DNA of 64,000 nucleotides from Candidatus Bathyarchaeota archaeon (GTDB lineage Archaea; Thermoproteota; Bathyarchaeia; TCS64). Location of the stretch: positions 133,970 to 197,969 of the forward strand of contig JAGTRB010000001.1 of the NCBI GenBank assembly GCA_018396865.1. Direction: 5' to 3'. Positions 27,689-38,394 of this stretch are shown in pieces. The notes under the pieces were generated by a model. That model saw only the letters and a list, made by a program, of their open reading frames with translations, was not told where the DNA came from and made no database searches. Position numbers and translations under genes: made by a program. Numbering within the stretch: the stretch's first letter is position 1; each line of letters starts with the position of its first letter.

Positions 27689-28915
27689 TTATCCGAGGCT
27701 GGCCACATAGACATTCATGTGAGCCTCATCCATAGTCGCCTGTATTCCAGCCCTTATCATCTCCTCCATGGAGAGCCTAAGCCAGTCTCCGAATGATCCC
27801 TTCGCCCTGTTATCTGGATCCATGGAGCTCGTATCGCTGAACCCCTTCAGCCTCGCGGCTGGGATGAGAATATGTTTCGCCGCCCAGTAATCTAGGGCCA
27901 CGGGATCCCTACTTGAGGCTATGATGTTCACCCTAGTGGCCGCGTTGTAAGTGGTTCTGGGGCCTCCCAGGGGGTTGGCATTCACCCATATGGCGTCGAG
28001 GATGTTCAGGGTGGGGAACCTCGTCTCGACCATCTGGGTTCCCATCCCCCCTGAGCCGACCGTGCTGTGGGCCCTAACCCCGAGCTGGGCGGTCAGCTTA
28101 TCGGAGGTGACCCCCATGTAGCTCTTGACCGATGCGGTGACGCCGAATATCCTGTGAGACTTCAGGACGGGGATGTTCAGCACCTTCACCCTCTCCCCAT
28201 CATAAACCCCCCTCTCCGGATCCCAGACTCCCAGCTTAAAGCTGACATAGGTTCCATACCTGGTTCTGAACTTTGGATATGAGACCCTTATCCCAGTCCT
28301 GGGGTTCTCCAAGTCTTCGACAACAAACCCGTCCTCAAGGTCGCCCTCCGAATACTCCCTCACCCTCCTCGTCGTGATGTGATCCCAGAGATACGCCGAG
28401 ACCCTGTGAGAGGCTGAATATGAGTCCACAACCCTCTCGATACACTGGGATGGATCCTCGGCGTTATTCCTCTCCCAAGAGAAGCTCCCGCCGTTTCCTT
28501 TTGCTCCGAACTGGGCCTGGCCATTGTCGGCGACAACTATTTCGCCCACGAAGCCATCGGGATGGTTTAAGATCATCCTAATTAAGGCCTTCAAGAGATC
28601 CGAGTTGGTCCCACCCCTCTCATCCCACTGGCTGTTCACCTTTAAAATGACAAGGTCATCCCTAGATAACAGGCCATCAGGCCCCAAGCTCCTTCCAGAC
28701 TCTTCAGACCTGTAAAACCTAAGGCCGTGATCCCCCATCAAGCCTACAAGCTCGACGATCCCTCCGTCTCCACCTGAGGTCCCTGTAACCACAAAGATAT
28801 CGGAGGAGGGCTCAGCCTCAGCTAATAACCCCTGAACTGTGATGGGAACACTATGGCTCCCAGTCTCCTCGATGGCCTCCCTCGGCCTCCTCACAGTAAC
28901 GGAAACCGAAGACAT
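27689..28915 (-). CDS. DUF362 domain protein
   Basis: VILKVN, NIPVLKSH..GVTASVKSYMG, NILDAIW, SRDPVALD. Confidence 0.85.
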   Translation of the reverse strand: MSSVSVTVRRPREAIEETGSHSVPITVQGLLAEAEPSSDIFVVTGTSGGDGGIVELVGLMGDHGLRFYRSEESGRSLGPDGLLSRDDLVILKVNSQWDERGGTNSDLLKALIRMILNHPDGFVGEIVVADNGQAQFGAKGNGGSFSWERNNAEDPSQCIERVVDSYSASHRVSAYLWDHITTRRVREYSEGDLEDGFVVEDLENPRTGIRVSYPKFRTRYGTYVSFKLGVWDPERGVYDGERVKVLNIPVLKSHRIFGVTASVKSYMGVTSDKLTAQLGVRAHSTVGSGGMGTQMVETRFPTLNILDAIWVNANPLGGPRTTYNAATRVNIIASSRDPVALDYWAAKHILIPAARLKGFSDTSSMDPDNRAKGSFGDWLRLSMEEMIRAGIQATMDEAHMNVYVASLG

Positions 28916-29180
28916 TATGAGTATTATTTACAAAAACGATGATTAAAATATTCTTATAGAGGGCTTGTATCTAACTGTTTAATTATAGTTGAGTTTTATG
29001 ATTGTCCCAGAAGATATCTGGCTTATAAATGGAGGCTAGACCGAGGGAAGCGACGTCGCCTCATCCTTTTGAGGGCTCTTTATTGCTCCTCACACCGATG
29101 CAACCCAAGCCCAAGGGCGTACTAGAAATCCATAAATAACCCTTTATGGCTCTTCCTCCTAAGCTGACGGGGAAGATCCT

Positions 29181-29630
29181 GTGTCCGGTGAGTTCAAGTA
29201 CCTTGTGAGGCTCCATGGGACGACGTTGGATGGGGCTAGAACCATCCCCCACGCCCTGAGGGGGATCAAGGGAGTGGGTATGAGGTTAGCCTACGCGATA
29301 GTCCGCTTGGCAGGGCTTGATCCAACTAGGCGGCTTGGAGACCTCTCTGAGGCTGAGGTCAAGATCCTAGAGGATATATTGAGGAACCCCTCAGGCCTGC
29401 CCTCATGGATGCTTAACAGGAGGAAGGACCCCCAGACTGGGAGAGACCTCCACCTAACGGGCTCCGACCTAGAGTTTAGGGTGAGGGAGGATATAGAGCT
29501 TATGAAGGAGATAAGGAGCTGGAAGGGGGATCGCCATATGAGGGGCTTAAAGGTCAGGGGGCAGAGGACCAAGACCACGGGCAGGAAAGGGAGGGCCGTG
29601 GGGGTCTCTAAGAAGTCCCAGGCCAAGTAG
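29181..29630 (+). CDS. rps13: 30S ribosomal protein uS13
   Basis: IKGVG, WMLNRRKD, GLKVRGQRTKTTGR. Confidence 0.97.
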   Translation: MSGEFKYLVRLHGTTLDGARTIPHALRGIKGVGMRLAYAIVRLAGLDPTRRLGDLSEAEVKILEDILRNPSGLPSWMLNRRKDPQTGRDLHLTGSDLEFRVREDIELMKEIRSWKGDRHMRGLKVRGQRTKTTGRKGRAVGVSKKSQAK

Positions 29631-29645
29631 CTGGAGGGATTCAAC

Positions 29646-30191
29646 TTGGGAGACCCTAAGAAGAAGCATAAGAGGTTCGTCACTCCCGAGCGCCCTTATG
29701 ATCAGGCCGCCCTAATGGACGAGTTGAGACTCATTGGGGCCTATGGATTGAGGAATAAGAGAGAGCTTTGGCGCCACAGGACCCAGCTGAGCAAGATAAG
29801 GAGGATAGCAAGGGAGGCTCAGCCCCTCGACCCAGCTAGAAGGGCTGAGGTCGAGAGGAGGCTGATAAGGAGGCTTCAACACCTAGGCCTCCTCAAGAGG
29901 GAGGCAACCATAGATGATGTACTCAGCCTCAGGATTGAGGACCTCTTGGAGAGGAGGCTTCAGACCATCATCTACAGGAAGGGCTTGGCTAAGAGCCTAT
30001 TCCAGGCTAGGCAGCTCATAGTCCATGGGCATATATCTGTAAGGGGTAGGAGGGTGAGGGTTCCAGGCTACTGGGTTAAGGCCGATGAGGAGGCTGAGGT
30101 AGATTACTTCCCGCTGAGCCCCCTCTCCGTTAAGGATCACCCGTTAAGGGTTGAGGTTGCATCGGCGAGGATGGTGGAGGGTAGGAGATGA
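29646..30191 (+). CDS. rps4: 30S ribosomal protein uS4
   Basis: [33 protein letters not shown]. Confidence 0.97.
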   Translation: MGDPKKKHKRFVTPERPYDQAALMDELRLIGAYGLRNKRELWRHRTQLSKIRRIAREAQPLDPARRAEVERRLIRRLQHLGLLKREATIDDVLSLRIEDLLERRLQTIIYRKGLAKSLFQARQLIVHGHISVRGRRVRVPGYWVKADEEAEVDYFPLSPLSVKDHPLRVEVASARMVEGRR

Positions 30192-30580
30192 GTGAGGGGG
30201 AGAAGTGGGGGATCGTCCACATCTACAGCAGCTTCAACAACACCCTAGTCCACATGACAGACCTCTCGGGAGCTGAGACCATAGCCTCCGCGTCTGGGGG
30301 GATGTTCGTGAAGGCAGATAGGCTCAAGCCATCTCCCTACGCGGCTATGAAGGCCGCCCAACACGTTGTGGACATAGCCAGGGACAAGGGGATCACATCC
30401 ATCCACATAAAGGTGAGGGCCCCCGGAGGCTCGAAGTCCAAGACCCCGGGCCAAGGGGCTCAGGCCGCTATAAGGATACTGGCCAGAAGCGGGCTCAACA
30501 TAGGCCGGATAGAGGAGGTTACGCCTCTCCCACACGATGGAACCCGTAAACCTGGAGGAAGGAGGGGAAGGAGGCCTTAA
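30188..30580 (+). CDS. rps11: 30S ribosomal protein uS11
   Basis: [27 protein letters not shown]. Confidence 0.97.
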   Translation: MSEGEKWGIVHIYSSFNNTLVHMTDLSGAETIASASGGMFVKADRLKPSPYAAMKAAQHVVDIARDKGITSIHIKVRAPGGSKSKTPGQGAQAAIRILARSGLNIGRIEEVTPLPHDGTRKPGGRRGRRP

Positions 30581-30583
30581 TCT

Positions 30584-31378
30584 TTGGGTGAGAAGCTGAA
30601 GGTTGAGGCCCTCACCCTAAAGGGAGATACATTAAGATTCATACTTATGGGGTGCGACACCGCCTTAGCGAACGCCCTGAGGAGGACGATGATATCTGAG
30701 GTTCCCTGCATGGCAATAGAGGATGTCTTCATCTTCGCGAACACATCCGTCATGCACGACGAGGTCCTGGCACACAGGTTAGGCCTGATCCCACTAAAAA
30801 CCGACTTGGAGAGGTATGTGCTCCCAGAGAGATGCGACTGTGGAAGCGAGCTTGGCTGCAGCAAGTGCAGGGCAGTCCTCACTCTAGATGTATCGGCTGA
30901 GGGTGAGGCTAGGACGGTCTACTCCGGGGACCTCATTTCGGAAGATCCCGTGATAAAGCCGGTGAGCTCCGAGATTCCATTAGTGAAGCTGGCACCTGGA
31001 CAGACGTTGAAGCTTGAGGCCTACGCAAAGCTCGGCTTAGGGAAGGTCCACGCAAAGTGGCAGCCCGTCTCCTGCTGCATTTACCAGCAGGTTGATGAGG
31101 AGCAGCTGGGGGCCCTGGGAATAGGTGGAACGGAGGGTTTTGGAAAGGCCTTCATCTTCACCGTGGAATCCACAGGCTGCCTCCCACCTGACCGTATAGT
31201 AGCTGAAGCTGTAAAGGTCCTAATGGGAAAGCTCGAGGAGTTCTCAGATAAGATCAGGAGAGGTGAATTGATGGAGGAGATAAAGGAGTTCGAGGCCGTG
31301 GAGGAGGCGGGGAGAGGCCTGTACAGGGTGGCTGCGGAGGAGTTTGAAGAAGAGGAAGAGGAGGAAGAGGGGGAGTGA
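30584..31378 (+). CDS. rpoD: RNA polymerase subunit Rpo3 (D)
   Basis: ANALRR, NTSVMHDEVLAHRLGLIPL, HAKWQP. Confidence 0.97.
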   Translation: MGEKLKVEALTLKGDTLRFILMGCDTALANALRRTMISEVPCMAIEDVFIFANTSVMHDEVLAHRLGLIPLKTDLERYVLPERCDCGSELGCSKCRAVLTLDVSAEGEARTVYSGDLISEDPVIKPVSSEIPLVKLAPGQTLKLEAYAKLGLGKVHAKWQPVSCCIYQQVDEEQLGALGIGGTEGFGKAFIFTVESTGCLPPDRIVAEAVKVLMGKLEEFSDKIRRGELMEEIKEFEAVEEAGRGLYRVAAEEFEEEEEEEEGE

Positions 31379-31719
31379 ACAACCCGGAGCTAGTCTCGAC
31401 CATAAGAGCCCTTGAGAAGGCCTCGAGGGGGGGAGCGGCCCTATGGAGGGCGCTTGCCGAGGAGCTGAAAAGGCCCAGGAGGGCAAGGGCTGAGGTGAAC
31501 TTGAGCAGGATAGACCGCCACTCGAAGGAAGGAGACGTAATAGCCGTCCCAGGGAAGGTCCTTGGATCCGGAGCCCTCTCCCACCCCCTAACGGTCGCCG
31601 CCTTCTCCTTCTCAAGGACAGCCAGGCAGAAGATCCACCAGTCGGATGGAAAGGCGATAACCCTTAGAGAACTGCTCTCCTCTAATGTAGAACCATCTAG
31701 GATAAAGATCTTGAAATAG
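31375..31719 (+). CDS. rpl18e: 50S ribosomal protein eL18
   Basis: VNLSRI, VPGKVLGSG, VAAFSFS. Confidence 0.96.
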   Translation: MNNPELVSTIRALEKASRGGAALWRALAEELKRPRRARAEVNLSRIDRHSKEGDVIAVPGKVLGSGALSHPLTVAAFSFSRTARQKIHQSDGKAITLRELLSSNVEPSRIKILK

Positions 31720-31750
31720 TATTTTCAAGATAGGAAGATTTATAGAAGAT

Positions 31751-32413
31751 CTAATAATAATATTCTTCACTCATATGAGGTCTTTCCTTGGGTGTGAAGG
31801 TCTTGGCGATAACTAGGCCGAAAATGAAGCCTCCTATATGAGCCCAATACGCCACACCCGTATTTATCGGTAACATCGCTAGGAGGAGCTGGTATAGGAA
31901 CCACATACCTATCCATACATAAGCAGAGACTCTAACAACCTGCCAGAAGAATCCAAACCTTATCAATGTCCTGATCCTCGCCTCTGGAAACAGGACGAAG
32001 TAGGCACCCAAAACGCCAGAGATGGCGCCTGAGGCTCCAACGGCCGGGTATCGATCCCCGAGAGCCGTAAGCATCCAGAAGAGGGAGGCAGCCACTCCCG
32101 AGAAAATGTAAAAAGCTAGATAGCCGAGGTGCCCATAGGCATCCTCGACATTGTCTCCAAAGATATATAGGAAGAGCATATTACCTATCAGGTGCATCCA
32201 TCCCCCATGGAGAAAGATGTTCGTGACGAGGGTGTAGTACCCTCTTCCCGCCTCAACCCTGGCTGGAATCAGACCGTAGTTATAGAGGGTGTAGACGAAG
32301 TGCCTCTCCCCGAAGGACGTCTGCCAGAGGAAAACAAGGATTGAGATGACTATGAGGGACCAGTTCACATATGGGGTGATCCTCCTATGCGCCTCGTCGC
32401 CCAAGGGGAACAT
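31751..32413 (-). CDS. Rhomboid intramembrane serine protease; start ATG 32413
   Basis: FLHGGWMHLIGNM, GASGAISG, AYWAHIGG. Confidence 0.95.
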   Translation of the reverse strand: MFPLGDEAHRRITPYVNWSLIVISILVFLWQTSFGERHFVYTLYNYGLIPARVEAGRGYYTLVTNIFLHGGWMHLIGNMLFLYIFGDNVEDAYGHLGYLAFYIFSGVAASLFWMLTALGDRYPAVGASGAISGVLGAYFVLFPEARIRTLIRFGFFWQVVRVSAYVWIGMWFLYQLLLAMLPINTGVAYWAHIGGFIFGLVIAKTFTPKERPHMSEEYYY

Positions 32414-32655
32414 GTTAAAAGACCATAAAACACCCTGATCTAAATATCTTTCTGAGAGAACAAAGCCCCTAGGACGGTGAATGACCCCTTTACAGTTAGC
32501 CATATAAAACCGAGAAGCATGTGCTCCACCCATTGCCTTGTAGCTTGAGATTACTTTTGGCTATATTTCTCCTCTAAAATGTGGTTCATCGGTGTTGGAT
32601 CTGGGGGCATACGGTTTAATTAGACGTTCGAGGAGATCGAATCGGGTCTAAGTAG

Positions 32656-32982
32656 ATGTCTGAGGGAGCTGAAAGGGGTTTTAAGGTGATAGTCCAGTTC
32701 TCCACATCTCCGGTGGGTGAGGGTGTGGGGGTCTCAGGCTATGTGGCCGAGGCCTTGAGGGAGGTGAAGAACTCGGGGCTCAGGTTCCAGCTTACCCCCA
32801 TGTCGACAATCTTGGAGGCCGAAAACGTGGAAGATGCTTTGAGGGTAGTTATGAGGGCGCATGAGGCTATCTTCAGGGCCGGGGCTAAGAGGGTTGTCAC
32901 AGATATAAAAATAGATGATAGGAGAGACAAACCCCGCAGAATGGAGGATAAGGTGGAAAAGGTGTTGAGGAACCTAGCTTAA
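32656..32982 (+). CDS. MTH1187/DUF77 thiamine-binding family protein
   Basis: VSGYVAEA, LTPMSTILE, KIDDRRDK. Confidence 0.92.
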   Translation: MSEGAERGFKVIVQFSTSPVGEGVGVSGYVAEALREVKNSGLRFQLTPMSTILEAENVEDALRVVMRAHEAIFRAGAKRVVTDIKIDDRRDKPRRMEDKVEKVLRNLA

Positions 32983-33056
32983 CGCTAAATTAAATAGAGT
33001 ATAACAACTATATAAAATATTACAATCATATGAATCAAGTTTTGATCCTGCATCGA

Positions 33057-35006
33057 TTAACCTATGCCGAATAAGGACAAGAACCGGAAAACGACCCCCC
33101 CCAGGAAGATGGCTAGTGCCACCTCAGAAAGGCTTATTATAGCGGCCCTCTTATAACCAAACTCCTTCACTAGGACAGCTATCGTGGCTATGCATGGGAT
33201 GTAGACCATAACCACAAAGGAGAAGACGAACATCTGGAGGGGTGTTAGGACCGCTGAGAAGTCGGTAGTTCCAAGCATGGAGGCGAATAATATCAGGGCA
33301 AGCTCCTTCCTTAATATGCCAAAGATCAGGAGCGCTCCCGAGGCCGATGGGAGGCCAAGCCAATATACTGTTATGGGGGTTAAGAGGCTCTGAATAGCGC
33401 TCAGGAACCCCATTCGATCCGCGAAGGTGATCGCGAGGTTTCCAAGGACCATTATCGGAAAGGCAGTATAGGCGAAGTCCTTAAGCTTGAACCAGGCCTT
33501 TTTCGCCGTAACTCCGAGGGTGGGCCACCTATATGGAGGCATCTCCATTATGAGGCCTAAGGGTTCTCCCGGGACAACCTTGAAGGCTATCCTTCCAAGG
33601 GCGAATATGAGGGCAAAGTCCATCAGATATAATGCGACAGCCCACTCGAATCCCAGATAACGGGCCACGAGCCCCATTATCACGACGCTCCTAGCAGCGC
33701 ACGGGATGAGAGTGGCTGTGAAGGCGCAGATGAGCCTCTCCCTCTCGGTCTCCATTATCCTGCATCCAAGGGTCGCTGGCACGTTGCAGCCGAAGCCCAA
33801 GACTAGAGGTATAAACCCCTTCCCATGTAGGCCTATCCTATGCATCGCAGAGTCTGCGAGGTAGGCTATCCTGGCCATGTATCCTGAGTCCTCTAGGATT
33901 GAGAGGGCTATGTAGAAGGGCACGATGTATGGAAGGGCTATAGCCACCCCTGCTGCTAGACCCATTACTATACCATCCCAGAATAGTGATGATAGGGCTC
34001 CCTGGAACAGGGAATCATAAACTGTTTTGAGCATCCCAAAGGCCTCTTCGAGATGAACTGCCATCCACTCCCCAACCCTGAATATGCCGTAGAACACGGC
34101 GAAGATGACCGTGAGCATAAAACCATACCCCGAGATTGGGTGCACCGTGGCCGTCTCAAACCACTCCGTCAAGCTCCTCTTGGGGGTGATCTGGGTTGAG
34201 GCCTCTAAGGCTATCATGCTCGCCAGCGAGTACCTCTCGGAGGCTATGACGCTCGGGGCATCGTGGCCGTGGATCTCCTCTATCTCCCTCCTCCCCCTCT
34301 CCACAAGATCCCTGAGTTGAGGCCTCTTTCCATACACCATCCTCTGAACCTCCTCATCCCCCTCGAGAAGCTTCAACGCGACCCACCTCTTAGGGTAGGG
34401 CGTCTCAACCCCCTCAACAGCCTCTGATATGGCCTCTATCCTTCTCTCCACCTCCTTCCCAAGCCTGAGCGGGCTCGGCGCCCTCCCACCCTCCGCGGCC
34501 TCCAAAACCCTTGCCATGAGTTGATGGAGGCCTACGTTCTTGGTGGCCACCGTTGGTACCACTGGAACCCCTAGTAGCTTCATCAGCCTCTCGACATCTA
34601 TGTGGATCCCCTTCCTCTCAGCCACATCGATCTGGTTCAGGGCCACGACCATCTTAACTCCGAGCTCCATGAGCTGAATGGTGAAGAAGAGGTTCCTCTC
34701 TAGGCTTGAGGCATCCACCACATTCACAACAACATCCGGCCTCTCGACCGCTATGTACTCCCGAGAGATCAGCTCCTCAAGGGAGAAGGTGGATAGGCTG
34801 TAGATCCCGGGGAGATCGATTATATCTATGAGGTATCCCCCGAAGCTGAGGGTCCCTTCAGCCTTCTCAACGGTCTTGCCAGGCCAGTTGCCTATATGCT
34901 GATGGAGCCCGGTGAGCTGATTAAAAATTACACTTTTACCCACATTAGCGTTGCCAGCCAAGGCTATTCTAAGGCGCTTGGCCTCCATCATGTCCAACCC
35001 GTTCAT
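33057..35006 (-). CDS. feoB: Ferrous iron transporter FeoB; start near 35006
   Basis: [33 protein letters not shown]. Confidence 0.96.
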   Translation of the reverse strand: MNGLDMMEAKRLRIALAGNANVGKSVIFNQLTGLHQHIGNWPGKTVEKAEGTLSFGGYLIDIIDLPGIYSLSTFSLEELISREYIAVERPDVVVNVVDASSLERNLFFTIQLMELGVKMVVALNQIDVAERKGIHIDVERLMKLLGVPVVPTVATKNVGLHQLMARVLEAAEGGRAPSPLRLGKEVERRIEAISEAVEGVETPYPKRWVALKLLEGDEEVQRMVYGKRPQLRDLVERGRREIEEIHGHDAPSVIASERYSLASMIALEASTQITPKRSLTEWFETATVHPISGYGFMLTVIFAVFYGIFRVGEWMAVHLEEAFGMLKTVYDSLFQGALSSLFWDGIVMGLAAGVAIALPYIVPFYIALSILEDSGYMARIAYLADSAMHRIGLHGKGFIPLVLGFGCNVPATLGCRIMETERERLICAFTATLIPCAARSVVIMGLVARYLGFEWAVALYLMDFALIFALGRIAFKVVPGEPLGLIMEMPPYRWPTLGVTAKKAWFKLKDFAYTAFPIMVLGNLAITFADRMGFLSAIQSLLTPITVYWLGLPSASGALLIFGILRKELALILFASMLGTTDFSAVLTPLQMFVFSFVVMVYIPCIATIAVLVKEFGYKRAAIISLSEVALAIFLGGVVFRFLSLFGIG

Positions 35007-35755
35007 CTCTTCTCGTGATGGGGGCCGTGGGGGTGTGGGCGTCTGGTGGGTGAGGGGTCCTCGACCTCGACGAAGATGCGTCCGGCGAGGCCTCTTCCCA
35101 GTGCTATTTTGGTTCCCCTCACCGAGATCTCCATGGGGCCTCTGAATGGGGCTGCATTGATCACCTGGATGCTCGTCCCCGGGGTCAGACCCATGTCGAG
35201 GAGCCTCTGGCAGGCACGGCCTCCGCCTCTTATGAAGGCCACCTTCCCCCTCTCGCCGGGCCTGAGGTTCGAGAGCTGGGTCACGAGCTTTGGGTTCCTT
35301 TCCTCTCTCTTCCTCGCCTCCTCGCATTCGGAGCAGTCTGAAACCGCTAAAGGGCATGGGGGTATCGGCTTCTCGTCGTCGGGGCATCTCTCAGGCTTGT
35401 TAAGGGCCTTGCACAGGGCCAACGCCGCATCGTCGGATAGTCCGTGCTCCATCTTACATGCCTCATTATGGATCCTCTCCTTCCTCAGCCCCAGGATGTC
35501 GTGGAGGAAGCGCTCAAGAAGCCGATGCCTCCTCACCACCCTCTGGGCTAGGGCCATCCCCCTCCCTGTAAGCGTCACCCCCCTGTAGGGCTCGTACTCC
35601 ACCAGCCCCTTCTCGGCCAGCTCCTTCACCATCTGGGTCACGCTGGGTGGGGAGACCTTCAGCCTCTCGGCCAGCTCCTTCGTCCTAGCCGGCTTTCCCC
35701 CCTCGTTGAAGGTGTATATGGCCTCCAGGTACTCCTCTAGGCTCTCGCTGTGCAT
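35003..35755 (-). CDS. DtxR/MntR family regulator fused to FeoA
   Basis: EEYLEAI, RRHRLLERF, ACKMEH, CP...IPPC..C..C linker, RLLDMGLTPG FeoA domain, His-rich tail. Confidence 0.93.
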   Translation of the reverse strand: MHSESLEEYLEAIYTFNEGGKPARTKELAERLKVSPPSVTQMVKELAEKGLVEYEPYRGVTLTGRGMALAQRVVRRHRLLERFLHDILGLRKERIHNEACKMEHGLSDDAALALCKALNKPERCPDDEKPIPPCPLAVSDCSECEEARKREERNPKLVTQLSNLRPGERGKVAFIRGGGRACQRLLDMGLTPGTSIQVINAAPFRGPMEISVRGTKIALGRGLAGRIFVEVEDPSPTRRPHPHGPHHEKR

Positions 35756-35787
35756 CTGGATCTGTAGTGAGGGTTGAAATATAAATA

Positions 35788-35801
35788 TTAGGCTGGACTA
35801 A
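35788..35801. promoter_or_regulatory. DtxR-family operator upstream of dtxR-feoA/feoB
   Basis: TTAGGCTGGACTAA matches TTAGG-N4-CCTAA with one mismatch. It adjoins the minus-strand TATA (TTTATATT, 35778-35785). Confidence 0.7.
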
Positions 35802-35803
35802 AT

Positions 35804-36850
35804 TTACTTCTCCGCCAGGGAGTAGGTGAGGCGGGGCACCCCCTCCACCCCAGCCTCAAGCCTCCTATCAACCCTGCAATGGACCTTCCCCTCCTCGACG
35901 AGCATCTCAAGGGTTTCAATGTAGGGGTTCACTATGCTTATTCCCCTCCTCCTCAACTCCTCGAACTCGCTCGGGGTTACGCCGAGGGCCCTCGCCCATC
36001 CGTCGGGGACGAGTTGATGCCACAGATCTCTGAAATCAACCTCCCCCCTCCTCTCCAGAACCTCCTGGATGGCTCTTCCCAGCTCGTTCCTTTTCAGCCT
36101 CAGCCTAGGCACCCTTCGATTCGGGTCGAGGGGGGTTATCTCCACCCCTCCGCGGGTCAATCTGATCAGGGAGTTCTTCGGCGGCTCGAATACCCTATCG
36201 AGTTCTTCTCGAACCTCGTTGAGCCCTGCTGGACTGCTGCAGAACATGGCCTCCCCCTCCCCGAGGGCTATGACGCATGGCTGGTGCCAGTTAGCTATCC
36301 ACACGACGTCGGGCTCTTGGAGGCTGATGCAGGCTAGGAGGAATGATCCCTCCAAGTGGCGGGCAACCCTCCTTAACCCCTCCCCTATAACCAGGCCCTT
36401 CTCAGCATACTCCTCAAGCATGTGGACTGCCACCTCACTGTCGGTTATCGAGTGCACCTCGGCCTCGTAGGAGCTGAATTTATGCCTCTCCTCTAGGCTT
36501 TGCCATAGGCTCTTGTAGTTGGAGATGTTGCCGTTGTGCATTAGGCATATCGTCTCACCGCAGTCCAGGAATGGGTGGGCCATCCTCCCCGTGTTATATC
36601 TAGGGTCATAGAACCCGTATCCGAAGCGGCTGTGAGCTATGCCCACCTCCCCCTCCAGCCTCTCTATCCCAGTCGTCCTCCTCACCCTTTCCACAGGGCC
36701 TACATCCTTCTCCACCCTCAACTCCCCTTCCTCTGTTATGACTCCAAGCCCTGTGGCGTGGCCTCCGAAGTACGCCTCCTGGTACTCAAGGCTCCTCAGA
36801 AGGAGGGGGGCTATGGGCCTATCTCCTATGTAGGCTGCGAGTTGGCACAT
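35804..36850 (-). CDS. Stand-alone class II glutamine amidotransferase (Ntn) domain protein with a C-terminal extension
   Basis: N-terminal MC, GIAHSR, AHPF, HNGNISNY, TDSEV. Confidence 0.85.
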   Translation of the reverse strand: MCQLAAYIGDRPIAPLLLRSLEYQEAYFGGHATGLGVITEEGELRVEKDVGPVERVRRTTGIERLEGEVGIAHSRFGYGFYDPRYNTGRMAHPFLDCGETICLMHNGNISNYKSLWQSLEERHKFSSYEAEVHSITDSEVAVHMLEEYAEKGLVIGEGLRRVARHLEGSFLLACISLQEPDVVWIANWHQPCVIALGEGEAMFCSSPAGLNEVREELDRVFEPPKNSLIRLTRGGVEITPLDPNRRVPRLRLKRNELGRAIQEVLERRGEVDFRDLWHQLVPDGWARALGVTPSEFEELRRRGISIVNPYIETLEMLVEEGKVHCRVDRRLEAGVEGVPRLTYSLAEK

Positions 36851-36890
36851 CAGCCCCTTCTAGGCTTAGAGGCTGATAAATCTCTCGGTT

Positions 36891-37883
36891 TTAGGTCTGG
36901 TCTTGGACGCCCGACATCCTCCTTATCTCTCTCCCCACCCTCTCTATCTCCAGGGATTCGCACTCCTCCATTAACCTCTTAAGCTCTTTTAATCCTCCCT
37001 CCGCCTCCTCCACCCACATCCTGGCGAATCTCCCGTTCTGGATATCCCTCAATGCTCTCCTCATGTTCTCCTCGACATGATCGTCCACTATTAATGGTCC
37101 AACCTTCATCCCGCCGTACTTCGCCGTATCCGAAACGGCTCGGTACATTCCGCTTAACCCGGACTTGTAGATGAGGTCCACTATGAGCTTCAGCTCGTTG
37201 AGGACCTCGAAGTAGGCTAGTTCTGGTGTGTAGCCGTTCTCTACGAGGACCTTGAACCCCCTCCTAATGAGCTGGTCTACACCCCCGCATAGAACTGACT
37301 GCTCCCCGAAGAGGTCGCTCTCGGTCTCCTCTTTGAAGGAGGTTAATATGATTCCAGCCCTCCCTGAGCCCAAAGCCTTGGCTATGGCTAGGGCCTTCCT
37401 CAACCCCTCACCGGAGTAATCCCTGTGGACTGCCACGAGGGCTGGGACGCCGAACCCCAGCTCATACTGCCTCCTGAGTTCAGGCCCAGGGGCCTTGGGG
37501 GCTACCATGGTGATGTCAACTCCCTCTGGAGGATCGATCAGTCCGTAATGGATGTTGAATCCGTGGGCGAATTGTAGGGTCTTCCCAGGCTGGAGGTTTG
37601 CCTCCACCTCCTCCCTGTAAACCTTCGGCTGAGCCATATCTGGGATGAGCATAACTATTATATCCGCCTCCTCCGTGGCTCTGGATATCGGGAGGACCTT
37701 GAAACCTTCCCTCTCAGCTCTCTCCCATGATCCCCCCTGCCTCAATCCAACTATGACCTCAACCCCTGAGTCGCGAAGGTTTAGGCTCTGGGCTCTCCCC
37801 TGGCTCCCGTAGCCCAGTACTGCGACTAGCTTATCCTCCAATATCCTCCCGTCGATATCTGAGTCGTGATACACCTTGACCAA
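36891..37883 (-). CDS. ilvC: Ketol-acid reductoisomerase
   Basis: GYGSQG, FAHGFNIH, VAPKAPG, ETESDLFGEQ, AYFE. Confidence 0.97.
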   Translation of the reverse strand: MVKVYHDSDIDGRILEDKLVAVLGYGSQGRAQSLNLRDSGVEVIVGLRQGGSWERAEREGFKVLPISRATEEADIIVMLIPDMAQPKVYREEVEANLQPGKTLQFAHGFNIHYGLIDPPEGVDITMVAPKAPGPELRRQYELGFGVPALVAVHRDYSGEGLRKALAIAKALGSGRAGIILTSFKEETESDLFGEQSVLCGGVDQLIRRGFKVLVENGYTPELAYFEVLNELKLIVDLIYKSGLSGMYRAVSDTAKYGGMKVGPLIVDDHVEENMRRALRDIQNGRFARMWVEEAEGGLKELKRLMEECESLEIERVGREIRRMSGVQDQT

Positions 37884-37894
37884 TCCACTGCCTC

Positions 37895-38392
37895 CTATAG
37901 CCTAAGCCTCCCCTTCTCGAGGGCTGTCACACCTGTCCTAGAGAACTCTAGGATGCCGATGGGGCTAACCTTCTTCAGGAATTCTTCTATCGTCTCCGTC
38001 TCCCCCGTGACCTCTGCTATTATGGATTCGGCATCGATGTCTAGGATCAGGCCGTGATAGGAGTTTATATGTTTAAGGGCTTCCTCCCTGGCCATTGGGT
38101 CGGAGGTCTGGAGCTTCACCAGCAGCATCTCCCTCGCCACAGTCCTCATGGGATCGAGCCTCTTAACCCTGATCACATCGACCATCTTATCCAGCTGCTC
38201 GACTATCTGGTTGAGAACCCTGCTATCGGCCTTCAAGGTGATGGTCATCCTAGCCAGCTCTGGGTCGTCCAGTGGACCAACCGATATGCTCTCTATGTTG
38301 AATCCCCTCCTCCTGAAGAGGTTCGTTACATTGAAGAGGACTCCTGGCTTGTTCTCCACCAAGAACGCGACGGTGCTCAGGGAACGGTACAT
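37895..38392 (-). CDS. ilvN: Acetolactate synthase small subunit
   Basis: VENKPGVL, RRGFNIESI, SRTG. Confidence 0.95.
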   Translation of the reverse strand: MYRSLSTVAFLVENKPGVLFNVTNLFRRRGFNIESISVGPLDDPELARMTITLKADSRVLNQIVEQLDKMVDVIRVKRLDPMRTVAREMLLVKLQTSDPMAREEALKHINSYHGLILDIDAESIIAEVTGETETIEEFLKKVSPIGILEFSRTGVTALEKGRLRL

Positions 38393-38394
38393 GG

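Noticed and set aside
29035-29110. Possible C/D-box sRNA upstream of rps13 (minus strand GTGAGGA..CTCA..GGATGA; palindrome GCGACGTCGC)
   Set aside because: The boxes are degenerate, there is no terminal CTGA, and I could not identify a target by eye. A snoscan or RNA-seq check would be needed.
35007-35387. Long N-terminal extension of FeoB, and similar extensions of the rhomboid, GINS, Dph2 and PIN (13419) ORFs
   Set aside because: They overlap neighbouring genes or promoters, and family motifs begin at downstream starts.
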